Shown: piece by piece, positions 19,130 through 28,516 of the stretch
Layout of the letters: each line of letters begins with the position of its first letter
How positions within the stretch are numbered: the stretch's first letter is position 1
Virus record (IMG/VR): IMGVR_UViG_3300024054_000362
Span: 124,001 to 188,000 of that record
Strand: one strand, 5' to 3'
Length of the DNA: 64,000 bases
Notes under the pieces: generated by a model
Database searches by the model: none
What the model was told of the DNA's origin: nothing
Seen by the model: only the letters and a program-made list of their open reading frames with translations
Program-made: the position numbers and the translations under genes

Positions 19130-20662
19130 ATGCGAAACCAACGAGCACCCATGCAGAAGAACTGGTTCGACGTCGACCGTAAAGGTCTCGCCAAGCTGAT
19201 CGAACGGCGCGGCAAGATCGCGCTGCTCTTCGAGCTGGTCGGCAACGCACTCGATGCGGACGGCGTGACAACGGTCGAAGTTGTGTTGGAGCCCGTAGAA
19301 GGTGTTCCACACGTCGAGGTGACCGTGTCCGACGACGCCCCCGACGGCTTCACGAACATGTCCCACGCGTGGACGTTGTTTGCAGAGTCGAGCCGGAAGA
19401 GCTACGCCAACAAGCGCGGTCGCTTCAACCTCGGCGAGAAGCTGGTCCTGGCACTCTGCAATGAGGCGTCGATCATCTCAACCAAGGATGCCGTGATGTT
19501 CGATGCACGTGGGCGTACGACCATGAAAGCGCGGCGTCCGCGTGGCACCGAGTTCTACGGCATCGCGCGCATCACGCGCACCGAGCTGGCCGAGATCACG
19601 CTCGGTCTTCGACGATTGATCGTCCCGGAGGACGTGACGATCATCGTCAACACGGAGAAGATCCCGACGCGTAAGCCGATCAAGACCGTCGAGGCTACAC
19701 TCGCCACCGAGATCGCCGACGAAGACGGCAACCTGAAGCGCAGCACACGCAAGACCACGGTGAACATCTACGAGCCGCTGCCTGGCGAGACGGCCTACCT
19801 GTACGAGATGGGGATCCCGGTCGTCGAGACCGGCGACCGGTGGCACGTCGACGTCCAACAGAAGATCCCGCTCAACATGGATCGCGACAACGTCACGCCC
19901 GCGTACTTGCGTGACGTCCGTACGCTCGTCGTCAACGCGCTTCACGAACAACTCTCGCCGGACGACGCCAACGCGACGTTCCTCAACGAGGCGCTCGCGG
20001 ATGAGAACGCCACGCCGGAGACGGTCGCGAAAGCGCTCGACCTGAAGTACGGCGAGAAGCGTGCGATCTTCGACCCGAACGACGCCGAAGCGAACATGAA
20101 TCTCACGTCGCAGGGCTACACGTTGATCAAGGGCGCGCAGCTCACCAAGGAACAGTGGACGAACGTCAAGAAGCACGACAGCGAGCGCACCAAACCGGCA
20201 GGACAGATCGCGCCGACGAAGAAGGCGCGGTTCTCACCTGACGGTGTGGACCGTTGGGTGCCGCGTGAGAAGTGGACGGCGAACATGGTGCGCGTTATCA
20301 ACTACACGCGCGACGTCGCGACGGAGTTGCTCGGTGCTCCGGTCGCCGTCAACGTTCTCTCCGACGTCACCGAGAGTTACGCCGCGTGCTTCGGTGATCT
20401 CGGCTTCGTGTTCAACCTCGGTCGGCTCGGTCACAAGTTCTTCGACCGCGCGATGAACGAGTACGCGCCAAACGACGAGGCCCCGTCGGGATCGTATCGC
20501 CCGTCCGTCGAGCTGAACCAGCTCATCATCCACGAGCTGGGACATCACTTCGAACACAATCACCTCGACGAGAAGTACCACGAGGCGCTTTGCGATCTCG
20601 GCGCACGAATGGTCAAGCTCGCACTCACCAGGCCGACGCTGTTCTACCGAGGCGTGAACTGA
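19130..20662 (+). CDS. second GHKL-type ATPase with C-terminal HExxH motif
   Basis: FELVGNALDA, VSDDAPDG, GRFNLGEKL; IIHELGHHFEHNH; start is 19130 or 19151. Confidence 0.8.
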   Translation: MRNQRAPMQKNWFDVDRKGLAKLIERRGKIALLFELVGNALDADGVTTVEVVLEPVEGVPHVEVTVSDDAPDGFTNMSHAWTLFAESSRKSYANKRGRFNLGEKLVLALCNEASIISTKDAVMFDARGRTTMKARRPRGTEFYGIARITRTELAEITLGLRRLIVPEDVTIIVNTEKIPTRKPIKTVEATLATEIADEDGNLKRSTRKTTVNIYEPLPGETAYLYEMGIPVVETGDRWHVDVQQKIPLNMDRDNVTPAYLRDVRTLVVNALHEQLSPDDANATFLNEALADENATPETVAKALDLKYGEKRAIFDPNDAEANMNLTSQGYTLIKGAQLTKEQWTNVKKHDSERTKPAGQIAPTKKARFSPDGVDRWVPREKWTANMVRVINYTRDVATELLGAPVAVNVLSDVTESYAACFGDLGFVFNLGRLGHKFFDRAMNEYAPNDEAPSGSYRPSVELNQLIIHELGHHFEHNHLDEKYHEALCDLGARMVKLALTRPTLFYRGVN

Positions 20663-20783
20663 TGGACCGCATCGAAGACGGATCGATCGATCGACAGGAG
20701 CAGCGCATCTGGCGTACGTCGGAGGTCGACACAACGTCGCGTGTCGCATCAACGACCACGGACGCACTTGCGATCGCATCGGC

Positions 20784-21233
20784 ATGCCGGAAGAACGGCT
20801 CGCGCTATGGGCGCACCTCGTGTCCGAGCACGCGTCGGCGATCTCGATGGACACGCCGCTCGAAGTGCTCATCGACATGCACACGAACGAGCACAAGGGT
20901 CCCGGTACGATTCGGAATCACGACGCGACGTTCCGCGGTGCCACGCACGTCAAGCTCGTCGAGGTGCTTAGCGAGCGCGATGACGTTTTCGAAAACATGT
21001 CCGAGGGCCAGCTTCGCGCCTTCACGAAGCGTCTGCAGGCTGAGATCGCGCGTCGACTGGGTCAGGCCATCAACGAGATCAGCGCCGACACTGAGATCGA
21101 CGAGATCTACTGGAAGGCGGCACGTGACATGTGGGAGCAAGTCTCCAAGCTCGTCGACGACTGTCGTTCCAAGATGGCGTCGCTCTCGAAGACGCTCACC
21201 AAGCCCTTCTCCGAAGAGAGCCCCAACACGTGA
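20784..21233 (+). CDS. hypothetical protein
   Basis: 149-aa coding-like ORF; start uncertain. Confidence 0.55.
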   Translation: MPEERLALWAHLVSEHASAISMDTPLEVLIDMHTNEHKGPGTIRNHDATFRGATHVKLVEVLSERDDVFENMSEGQLRAFTKRLQAEIARRLGQAINEISADTEIDEIYWKAARDMWEQVSKLVDDCRSKMASLSKTLTKPFSEESPNT

Positions 21234-21430
21234 CCGCTGCACAACGTCAAGCGGCCCTCGCTCGCGTCGAGAAGCTCGCCCGACAAGCACGCAACCTCGT
21301 CGCAGAGGACCACCTGGGGCCACCCGACTGGCGGCCGTTCATCGCAGAGCTGGCCGACGAGGTCGCCCTGCTCTGGACGTTATTGCTCAATCCGCCTGTG
21401 GCACGGACACGCGCGAAGCGAGGCAAGTAA
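21230..21430 (+). CDS. hypothetical protein
   Basis: GTGA overlap. Confidence 0.55.
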   Translation: MTAAQRQAALARVEKLARQARNLVAEDHLGPPDWRPFIAELADEVALLWTLLLNPPVARTRAKRGK

Positions 21431-21431
21431 C

Positions 21432-21692
21432 TTGGCGAAGTACGAATTTGATATCCATATTCTGCCCAAAGACGTCGACAAGCGGCGGACGTTCACGAGC
21501 CGCCTCGACGTCGCCCTTGCGATCAACGGTTGCCGTATTACGGCCGGCGAGTACATGGTCACCATCGAACGCAAGAGCGCGGCGCAGGTTCGCAGCGAAG
21601 CCAGGTCTGCGCAGTGTCTCGGCTGCGGACGGTGGGACTGTGATCGTCCTGAATGCAAGACCAATCACAACGCCGACGGTTCAGATCCCTGA
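21432..21692 (+). CDS. hypothetical protein with C-terminal Cys cluster
   Basis: CLGCGRWDCDRPEC. Confidence 0.5.
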   Translation: MAKYEFDIHILPKDVDKRRTFTSRLDVALAINGCRITAGEYMVTIERKSAAQVRSEARSAQCLGCGRWDCDRPECKTNHNADGSDP

Positions 21693-21913
21693 TGCACACC
21701 GAGTACTTCATCGTCTACGACGACGGCGTTCGAGCGCGCGTCTACGGAACGCGCGAACGAACGCGTGAAGTCGCATCCGGTCGCTACGAAGATGCGCTCA
21801 GCGAACAAGGGCGGCTGCTGGGCCTTGTCGGCTGGCGCCGTCGCGAGTTCGCCGAACGTCACTACAAGCGGTTCCACTTCCCCGTGAAGATCATCGAGCT
21901 GGAGATCGCATGA
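21692..21913 (+). CDS. hypothetical protein
   Basis: TGATG overlap. Confidence 0.55.
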   Translation: MHTEYFIVYDDGVRARVYGTRERTREVASGRYEDALSEQGRLLGLVGWRRREFAERHYKRFHFPVKIIELEIA

Positions 21914-22319
21914 AACGTATGGCCAGTTCGAAGAAGACAACGCGAACGCCTCGGCGCGACCGGGTGCGAAGTACCGAACAGCGGCGATTCACTGCGACCG
22001 CTCAACGACAAGAAGAGCAACTCCGACAACTCAACGTCGTCGCCGCAACTACCATCGGCTTCAGTCGTGCAGCGGCCGAAGTTCTTCCTCCACCAACGGT
22101 GGCGTTCCACTTCGGGCTCGTAGGACACGGCTTCGAGATTCACTTCTTGGTCTTCTTCACAGCTTGGCTGTGCGGCCTTACTGCGTGCGATGAACCAGAA
22201 CAGCCCGATCCGCGACTTCCAGGCGTGGGAATTCTTCCGCGCCGGTTGGGAGGCCAAGGAGGCCGCCGACGAGCGCGGGAAGCACACGACGCGCCGTTGA
22301 TCGCAGGCAAGGGGATCCC

Positions 22320-22835
22320 GTGAGCGCTGAGATCGACACCAGCAAGGTCGCCGTCAAGCCGGCATGCCCCAAGCCGTGCAGCTCGTGCCCGTGGCGTCTC
22401 GCGAACCAAGGCTCCAAGCCCGATCCGCACAAGTTCTACACGAAGGCCAACCTCGCGCGACTATGGCGCGGCCTTCGCGACGGTGCGCGGATGTCGTGTC
22501 ACCCGACCGATCCGCGCATAAGCGAATTCGCCGGCTACGAAGCGCTCGCCGATCGCGAGGACACGCACGAGTGCGCGGGTGCGTTGACGTTACAGCAGCG
22601 CGAGCTGGTGGAATTTCAGGACATGGCAGCGGCCGATCCGAAAGGTCCGACGATGAAGACCTACCGCAAGCTCCGTTCGAAGGGCCTGACGCGGAACGGC
22701 CTCGTCGCGATCTTCGAACGCGCCATGTTCAACGGCACCGGGCTCGCCGGTACGAAGATGTCCACGCCGGATCTGAACGACCAAGAGATCGGCTACGACG
22801 TCCTCGGCGTGTGGAAAGCTCGAAAGGCGCCGTGA
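22320..22835 (+). CDS. DUF6283-like Cys-motif protein
   Basis: PCSSCPWR...MSCH...CAGA. Confidence 0.65.
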   Translation: MSAEIDTSKVAVKPACPKPCSSCPWRLANQGSKPDPHKFYTKANLARLWRGLRDGARMSCHPTDPRISEFAGYEALADREDTHECAGALTLQQRELVEFQDMAAADPKGPTMKTYRKLRSKGLTRNGLVAIFERAMFNGTGLAGTKMSTPDLNDQEIGYDVLGVWKARKAP

Positions 22836-23200
22836 TGGCTCTTGATGCGTGGCGTCCGCATCGAGAGCTTTCCCATGAAGCGGGTAGCAGTTGGTATCCC
22901 TTCGTGATGCGACTCAAGCTGAGTTGTTGGCCCGAGACCGAACGAACGATGCTCCGCGGTCAGGACGGTTGGGCCTTCAACGCCGCTGTTCGATTTCAAG
23001 AAGCGGCTTGCAAACTGGCCGAAACCGACGAGCAGGTCTTCTGGTCCAGCTACTACCTACTCGCGTGCCTCATCGAGCGTGCACGTACCGACATGACCTT
23101 CCTCGAAGCACTTGAAGCCTTGGCGATTGCTCACCTCTATGGTGGACTGACCGTATCGCAGGTGACGCAGCAATTTCGATCGTTGGAGGTGTGGCCATGA
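22835..23200 (+). CDS. hypothetical protein
   Basis: TGATG overlap. Confidence 0.55.
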   Translation: MALDAWRPHRELSHEAGSSWYPFVMRLKLSCWPETERTMLRGQDGWAFNAAVRFQEAACKLAETDEQVFWSSYYLLACLIERARTDMTFLEALEALAIAHLYGGLTVSQVTQQFRSLEVWP

Positions 23201-23400
23201 AGCTGTTCAAGGGACGACTGACCGAGTGCGAGCACGGCAACTTGATCCTGACGGATATCGAGCCAGTTCGTGACAGCGACGTCGCGTACAGCGCACCTGA
23301 CGCTGACAGGATCTTGGGTTCGTCGACGATTCACTGGAGCCGTGCGTACGTCGACAACTGGGATGCGAACTTCGGTGAGAAGACCGACGTCGTGAACTGA
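23197..23400 (+). CDS. hypothetical protein
   Basis: GGAGG RBS; ATGA overlap. Confidence 0.55.
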   Translation: MKLFKGRLTECEHGNLILTDIEPVRDSDVAYSAPDADRILGSSTIHWSRAYVDNWDANFGEKTDVVN

Positions 23401-23825
23401 TGAAATCGCTCGTCTTCCAGACCGACGCGACGACCTACGAGCTGGGCTTACAAGAACAGCACAAGCTCGTCACCGGACCGCGCGGTTTGGAAGTTCGAAC
23501 GCGTGTGGTGTTGATCGTCCCGCGTCGAACGCTGACGAGCATGCTCACCGAAGTCGACGACGGCACGCAAGAAGATGACATCCGTGAAGCGATCAAAGCG
23601 GCATCTCTCGCCGACAACTGGACACTCGCCAGTGAGATTGCACAGCGCTACGGTCTGGTTGTTTGTTTGGCGTGCGCTGCTGACGTCGGTCAGCGGCCGA
23701 CATGGCGTCTCCATCGACTGATGCGCGAGCTACGCGATCTCGACAACCAACCGGCGTTCGCCGCAGACTGGGGCGAGATCTGCGGCTCGTGTGCCGTCCA
23801 ACTCAAGGAGCAATACAGTGGGTAA
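23400..23825 (+). CDS. hypothetical protein with two CxxC motifs
   Basis: CLAC...CGSC; TGATG overlap. Confidence 0.6.
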   Translation: MKSLVFQTDATTYELGLQEQHKLVTGPRGLEVRTRVVLIVPRRTLTSMLTEVDDGTQEDDIREAIKAASLADNWTLASEIAQRYGLVVCLACAADVGQRPTWRLHRLMRELRDLDNQPAFAADWGEICGSCAVQLKEQYSG

Positions 23826-24313
23826 AGAGTGGCCGTACATTCAGTCGAGCGGCGCCGATGTCAGCGCCAAGAAGGCGCGCGAGCGTTTCACGTCGCTCGA
23901 AGCCGAACTGGCTGCGGTCGGCGCCAAGATCAACGTGCCGATCCTGATGATCCACGACGAGATTCGTTTCGATGTCGATGTTCCCGAGGGCATGGAGGCG
24001 CAGGTCGCCGCGATCATGGACAAGTACTTCCCGAATCCGACGCTGGGGCTACGCGAGCGCGTCGGTCAGATCATGTCGCAGGTCGGCCCTACTCCGTTGA
24101 CCCTCGATGTCACCCCCAGGCACGGTCAAACGTGGGAGCGTCTTCACCGGTCTGCTCGACACGCTTCGTGGCGGGTTTCCGAAACTGCATCTGTACGTCG
24201 AGAACGTCTTCGAAGACCGTTTCCAGAGCTTCCTCAAGGGCTACGGATTCGTGTTGGTCGACGAGACCTCGTGGCCGCCGTCGTTCATTCTGCCGGCAGG
24301 AGTTCCGTCATGA
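23818..24313 (+). pseudogene. hypothetical gene with apparent one-base frameshift at C5 run 24113-24117
   Basis: Removing one C joins ...LTLDVTP to GTVKRGSVFTGLLDTLRGGFPKLHLYVENVFEDRF..., which ends in an ATGA overlap with the next gene. Confidence 0.5.
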
Positions 24314-24723
24314 GCCTAGAGCACGACGATCGTCACAACCCGCGCGGCTTCGAGAACCCAAACGACGTCGCGCGCATGCACGGCGAACAGTTCTGCGGTG
24401 CCGTCCCCGAAGGCGAGGGTAGTTACCCGCGCCACTGTTTCCACGGCACAGGCGAGAACCTTGCGTGCTGCTGGTGCGGTGACTGCTTCGTCGGCGACAA
24501 CGCACACAGCGTCCACGGCGACAACTTCCACCCATTGACGCCTCGCGAGGTCGAGGTCGTCACGTTGATGGCCGAGGGTCTTTCGAACAAGCTGATCGCC
24601 GAGCGCCTCGACATCAGCGACCACACAGCCAAGTTCCACGTGCGCGCGGTAACCAAGAGGCTCGGGCAACAGACGCGTACGGGTGCAGCTGTCGCTGCGA
24701 TTCGTCGAGGGATCGTTCCATGA
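24310..24723 (+). CDS. LuxR-type HTH regulator with Cys/His-rich N-terminus
   Basis: LTPREVEVVTLMAEGLSNKLIAERLDISDHTAKFHVRAVTKRLG. Confidence 0.88.
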   Translation: MSLEHDDRHNPRGFENPNDVARMHGEQFCGAVPEGEGSYPRHCFHGTGENLACCWCGDCFVGDNAHSVHGDNFHPLTPREVEVVTLMAEGLSNKLIAERLDISDHTAKFHVRAVTKRLGQQTRTGAAVAAIRRGIVP

Positions 24724-24989
24724 CCGCCGAGAACAAACCGAACCGCGCGGCCAGCAAGTCGATCCAGGCACTGGTCACGCCTGAAGAAGCGGACGCCATC
24801 GAAGTGATCCGCCGCGATCGCAAGATGAGCTTGCGAGACCTCGTCGTCAGCACGATTCTTGGTTCAAAACCGAGCGACGAGATCAAGCGCATCTGCGAGC
24901 TGGAAGCGGCTGTCGTCAACCTCAAAGCCGAGATCGCCGAGCTGCGTCAGACGGTGCTCTATTCATCCTATGGATCGAGGAACCCATGA
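24720..24989 (+). CDS. possible ribbon-helix-helix/coiled-coil protein
   Basis: SIQALVTPEEADAIEVIRRDRKMSLRDLV. Confidence 0.55.
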   Translation: MTAENKPNRAASKSIQALVTPEEADAIEVIRRDRKMSLRDLVVSTILGSKPSDEIKRICELEAAVVNLKAEIAELRQTVLYSSYGSRNP

Positions 24990-25447
24990 TCACCGATGAA
25001 GCGCGCATGACCGTGGAGGCGTTGAACGCGCTCTGCGAAGACGCTCTCGCCGATGATGTTCGAGCTACGCCCGGCCCGTGGGAGTGGTGGACGAGCAACT
25101 CGGTTCGACGTCTGAGTGCGCGGGGCGACGGTGATGTTCTTCATGGATCGAAGCATCCGCTCGACGGTGTCGTCGACATCGTCGGCAACGACCATGACAA
25201 GAACTTCATCGCAGCAGTGCGTACGCGTGAACCGCAAATCGCACAGGCACTTCGCGGCATCTTGCAGATCTTCGAGCACTGCTTCGAGCGCAACCAACTG
25301 TCAGCCGACGGGTTCATTGAGATTCTCGAAGCGAACCGTCGGCTACGTCTCAAGCTCCTCGAAGCTTGCGACCTCGCCGAGAAACTCATCGGGGACCGCG
25401 ATGACCCTCGCATCATCGCACTTCGCCAGGAGGCAGCAAAACGATGA
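24986..25447 (+). CDS. Ead/Ea22-like phage protein
   Basis: ATPGPWEW...DKNFIAA motif. Confidence 0.65.
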   Translation: MITDEARMTVEALNALCEDALADDVRATPGPWEWWTSNSVRRLSARGDGDVLHGSKHPLDGVVDIVGNDHDKNFIAAVRTREPQIAQALRGILQIFEHCFERNQLSADGFIEILEANRRLRLKLLEACDLAEKLIGDRDDPRIIALRQEAAKR

Positions 25448-26232
25448 CGAGCCCACTTCGACTTGGTGTAGCGCTGCCAGCATATGGTTTTCAACTCGAC
25501 GTCGGTCACGCTGCCATGTGGGTGGGCGTGGGCGCCGCCCTCTTCCAGGCTGCGGACAAGGTCGAGTTGGTATCGTTCGTCGAGTACCACGTCAACGGTG
25601 TCGATCTTTGTCGTAACACGGCGCTGTACGACGCGATCGAGGCGGGTTGCGACTGGGTATTCATGATCGACGCGGACACGTTTCATCGTTCGCGTGTTGA
25701 AGGCATCGCTGATGCAGGTGTCGACATCGTTCAAATGATTCGCGACGCTGATCGCAACGCGACGGCCAAGGTCAACGACAAGGGCGACGTCGTGTTGACG
25801 CCGATCCAAGAGCTTTCGAATCGAAACGGTGTCGCGCTCGTGGGGGCACCCGTTCGAGGACGCGGCGGGGACGCGGGCGGTGTTTGCGTCAAATCGGTTC
25901 GCAGCGCGCCGAGCCCGGACGAACCTGGTAGGGACTACTGGGCGACGGGCGAATCGATGGACCTCCAAGATCTCGTCGGCAAGGTCCAGCCTGTTGGCCG
26001 AATCGGCGGGGCCTGCATCGCCGTCAACTGTGGCTGGTTTCGTCGGTTCTGGCCCAAGGCTCCGTGGTTCGTGATGGAGCACGAGTATGCCGAGGGTCGA
26101 CCCTTCAACAAGCGCGGCGAGGACTACTCGATCTGCGACGGCATCTGGTCGCGCGGCGGCGTCGTACTCTGCGATGGTCGCTTCGTGCCGTCGCACGTTG
26201 CGCGTCGCAAGCTCGTCGGAGAGGACTCGTGA
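25444..26232 (+). CDS. GT-A fold glycosyltransferase-like protein
   Basis: CRNTALYDA...WVFMIDAD (DxD)...GEDYSIC. Confidence 0.75.
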   Translation: MTSPLRLGVALPAYGFQLDVGHAAMWVGVGAALFQAADKVELVSFVEYHVNGVDLCRNTALYDAIEAGCDWVFMIDADTFHRSRVEGIADAGVDIVQMIRDADRNATAKVNDKGDVVLTPIQELSNRNGVALVGAPVRGRGGDAGGVCVKSVRSAPSPDEPGRDYWATGESMDLQDLVGKVQPVGRIGGACIAVNCGWFRRFWPKAPWFVMEHEYAEGRPFNKRGEDYSICDGIWSRGGVVLCDGRFVPSHVARRKLVGEDS

Positions 26233-26528
26233 AGCTCGTCCGGCTTTGGCTGATCGGCTGCCTAGCCGCAGGCGGCTGCAACCTCCTGTTCGAGGCGACG
26301 GCAGCCATCGACGCAACACCTGACGGCGACGGTGCTGCAACGCTGATCGATGCTTCACCGGATGGTCCTGTCGACGCCGGCCCGGACGCTCCACCGGACG
26401 CTTTTGCGTGCACGGTGCACTCTCAGTGCAGCTCGCAGACGCCCGGTACGTGTTGTGTCAGCCCGGGACCCGGCGGCATCTGTGCTGAGGGCATCGTCAT
26501 CGGTGGTGTTTGCGTTCCGCCCACCTGA
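26229..26528 (+). CDS. putative lipoprotein, myxobacterial style
   Basis: Signal peptide with lipobox LAAGGC, DAxxDA linker, Cys-rich C-terminal domain. Confidence 0.7.
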   Translation: MKLVRLWLIGCLAAGGCNLLFEATAAIDATPDGDGAATLIDASPDGPVDAGPDAPPDAFACTVHSQCSSQTPGTCCVSPGPGGICAEGIVIGGVCVPPT

Positions 26529-26639
26529 TCGCGCACACGATCGGCCATCGCAACACGCTCTTGACTTGTTTAGCTATACCCGGCATCCTTCTTGTCAAGA
26601 GCAGAAAGGGCCGCCTTCCAGCATCGCGGCGTTGCGCGC

Positions 26640-27167
26640 ATGAGTAGTACCGTTCGAGTTTTGAATTCCGTTGAGACCTTACGTACGACCGCTCACGACG
26701 TCGCGAACGTCTTGTGCACCAGCGACATCGTAGGAGAGTGCTACCTCGGCGGTAAGCACACCTGCTTCGCAAGGCAGGGACGGAAGCCGTTGCCCTTGTA
26801 CAAGGTCGCCGAGTTGTGCGAGCGCTGCGCGGCGACATGGCATGCCGTCATGGCCGCATCACTACTCGACTCGGTCGTGATCGGTCAGCAGTTCCTCGTC
26901 GGAGACAGCGTGACCGTTATGGCGTCGACCGGCGTTGCCGTCCACGGAAAGTCCGTGCCAGGACGTCACAAGCCCGGATCTGAAAACAGTGATCTAGTTC
27001 TGCCTGTCGAGATTCGCGCGATCGCGCCGAATCCTGCGGGCGCATACACGTCTGAAGAGCGCCGCCTGCTCGCAAAGTTCTACCAATCTGCACCACGCGC
27101 TGCGAAGTCAGCGTTCAACGCACGCTTCCACGTCAAGGCCTGGCAGATGCGGGACTGGGCGAAATAG
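26640..27167 (+). CDS. hypothetical Cys-containing protein
   Basis: Long ORF after an AT-richer intergenic region. Confidence 0.55.
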   Translation: MSSTVRVLNSVETLRTTAHDVANVLCTSDIVGECYLGGKHTCFARQGRKPLPLYKVAELCERCAATWHAVMAASLLDSVVIGQQFLVGDSVTVMASTGVAVHGKSVPGRHKPGSENSDLVLPVEIRAIAPNPAGAYTSEERRLLAKFYQSAPRAAKSAFNARFHVKAWQMRDWAK

Positions 27168-27176
27168 GGAGAGACC

Positions 27177-27584
27177 ATGCCGAACCTCAAGCACCTCGCG
27201 ACGAATTCTCGCGTCCGAAACATTTTTCAGAAGCACCTCAGCGCGCTGACGCGCGATCTCGTCGCACTTTCGCAGATGCAGACGCAAGAGCTAACCGAAG
27301 AGCTGACAACTGCGATGCTCGCGAACTGGGGGCTCACGAACGAAGATCTGCAGCTCCAATCTGTCGGTCCGGTGGTGGAGTTGCATGCGCTCGTGCCATC
27401 GGCGTTGATCTACGACACCGAAACGCGACGATGGACGTGCCCGCGCTGTCACGTGTTCTCGGATCACCGACGAAGATCCGTGACAGCGCACCTGCGTTTC
27501 TGCAAGGCTGAGCCTCCTGTGGCATCGATCCCGCTGCGAAATGTGCCGCGGAAGAAGCCCCGCCCCGTCAAGAAGACCACATGA
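27177..27584 (+). CDS. hypothetical protein with zinc-finger-like tail
   Basis: WTCPRC...HLRFC; GGAG RBS. Confidence 0.6.
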   Translation: MPNLKHLATNSRVRNIFQKHLSALTRDLVALSQMQTQELTEELTTAMLANWGLTNEDLQLQSVGPVVELHALVPSALIYDTETRRWTCPRCHVFSDHRRRSVTAHLRFCKAEPPVASIPLRNVPRKKPRPVKKTT

Positions 27585-28516
27585 CCACACTCGAAACGGC
27601 TGTCACGCGAAGCAGAAACCTCCGGCCTCGGACGAAGCAGTTGTACTTGCAACACGTCCGTGCGTTCCTGACCTTCGTTCGCGAAACGAAGGCGGGTACG
27701 GATACTCAGAAGGACATCGCCGAGGTTGCGATCACGGATGCTGACTTCACGCAGGAAGTTGTTGTCGCGTGGTGCGACGACATGCGCAGCCGGAAGATCA
27801 AGCCACAGAGCGTCAACGTCGCGCTCAACGCACTTCGTTACGCGGCAGATCGCGCCGACTGCAAGAAGTTCGTCGACGGTGTCGACCGTCTTCCTGTGCG
27901 ACAACATCGAACGCCTTCACAAGCGAAGGCTGCTCGTGCTCTCACGTGGAGCGAAGGCAAGCGTTTGGTCGCCGCGTGTGACGGGTTGCGAGGCCGGGAT
28001 CTTCGCGACAACGCCATCATCACTCTCGGTTTGCGCACAGGAATGTTGCGTTTTTCGATGTGTCAACTCACGTTCGAGGATATCGAGGACAACTCGTTGA
28101 CCTTCACCAAGAAAGGCGGCGGACGGCACTCGATCGTTCTCGACGCCGTAACCTATGCTGCCTTGCGTGCGTGGATGGACTGGCTGACCGCGCGTGATGA
28201 GGAACAAGGACCCGTGTTTCGTTCTCTCGGACGGCAACGCATCAGCCTCGACGACGACGTGTCGATCGGAGCGCAGCTGACGCCCGACGGGCTATACCGC
28301 GCACTTCAACTACGCGCCAAGGAAGCAGGTCTCGGGGATCTTCGACCACACGTTTTTCGAAAGACGTTTTTGGCATGGGTCAAGCGTGCAGGCGCGAGGC
28401 CACAACAGATCGAGGCAGTGACGGGTCACAAGTCTGACGGTATCGGCGATAGCGACGACGCGGGTGAAGAGGCAGCAAACCTGCTGCTGCCCGATTGGGA
28501 CGGAAACCTCAAGTGA
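27581..28516 (+). CDS. tyrosine recombinase-fold protein, probably catalytically inactive
   Basis: RDNAII...TGMLR, PHVFRKTF, TGHKS; no Tyr after GH. Confidence 0.8.
   Translation: MTTLETAVTRSRNLRPRTKQLYLQHVRAFLTFVRETKAGTDTQKDIAEVAITDADFTQEVVVAWCDDMRSRKIKPQSVNVALNALRYAADRADCKKFVDGVDRLPVRQHRTPSQAKAARALTWSEGKRLVAACDGLRGRDLRDNAIITLGLRTGMLRFSMCQLTFEDIEDNSLTFTKKGGGRHSIVLDAVTYAALRAWMDWLTARDEEQGPVFRSLGRQRISLDDDVSIGAQLTPDGLYRALQLRAKEAGLGDLRPHVFRKTFLAWVKRAGARPQQIEAVTGHKSDGIGDSDDAGEEAANLLLPDWDGNLK

Noticed and set aside
21910-22323. 137-aa ORF MKRMASSKK...
   Set aside because: Atypical composition, with protein-like fragments in several frames; possibly a decayed gene, so no confident call.
26527-26600. 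Near-palindrome GATCGCGCACACGATC and the TCTTGAC...GTCAAGA inverted repeat
   Set aside because: One mismatch and no correctly spaced -10 box; function not supportable.
27581-28516. Integrase as evidence of a prophage or temperate lifestyle
   Set aside because: Catalytic residues appear lost, and there are no att-like repeats or host-gene boundary in the window.
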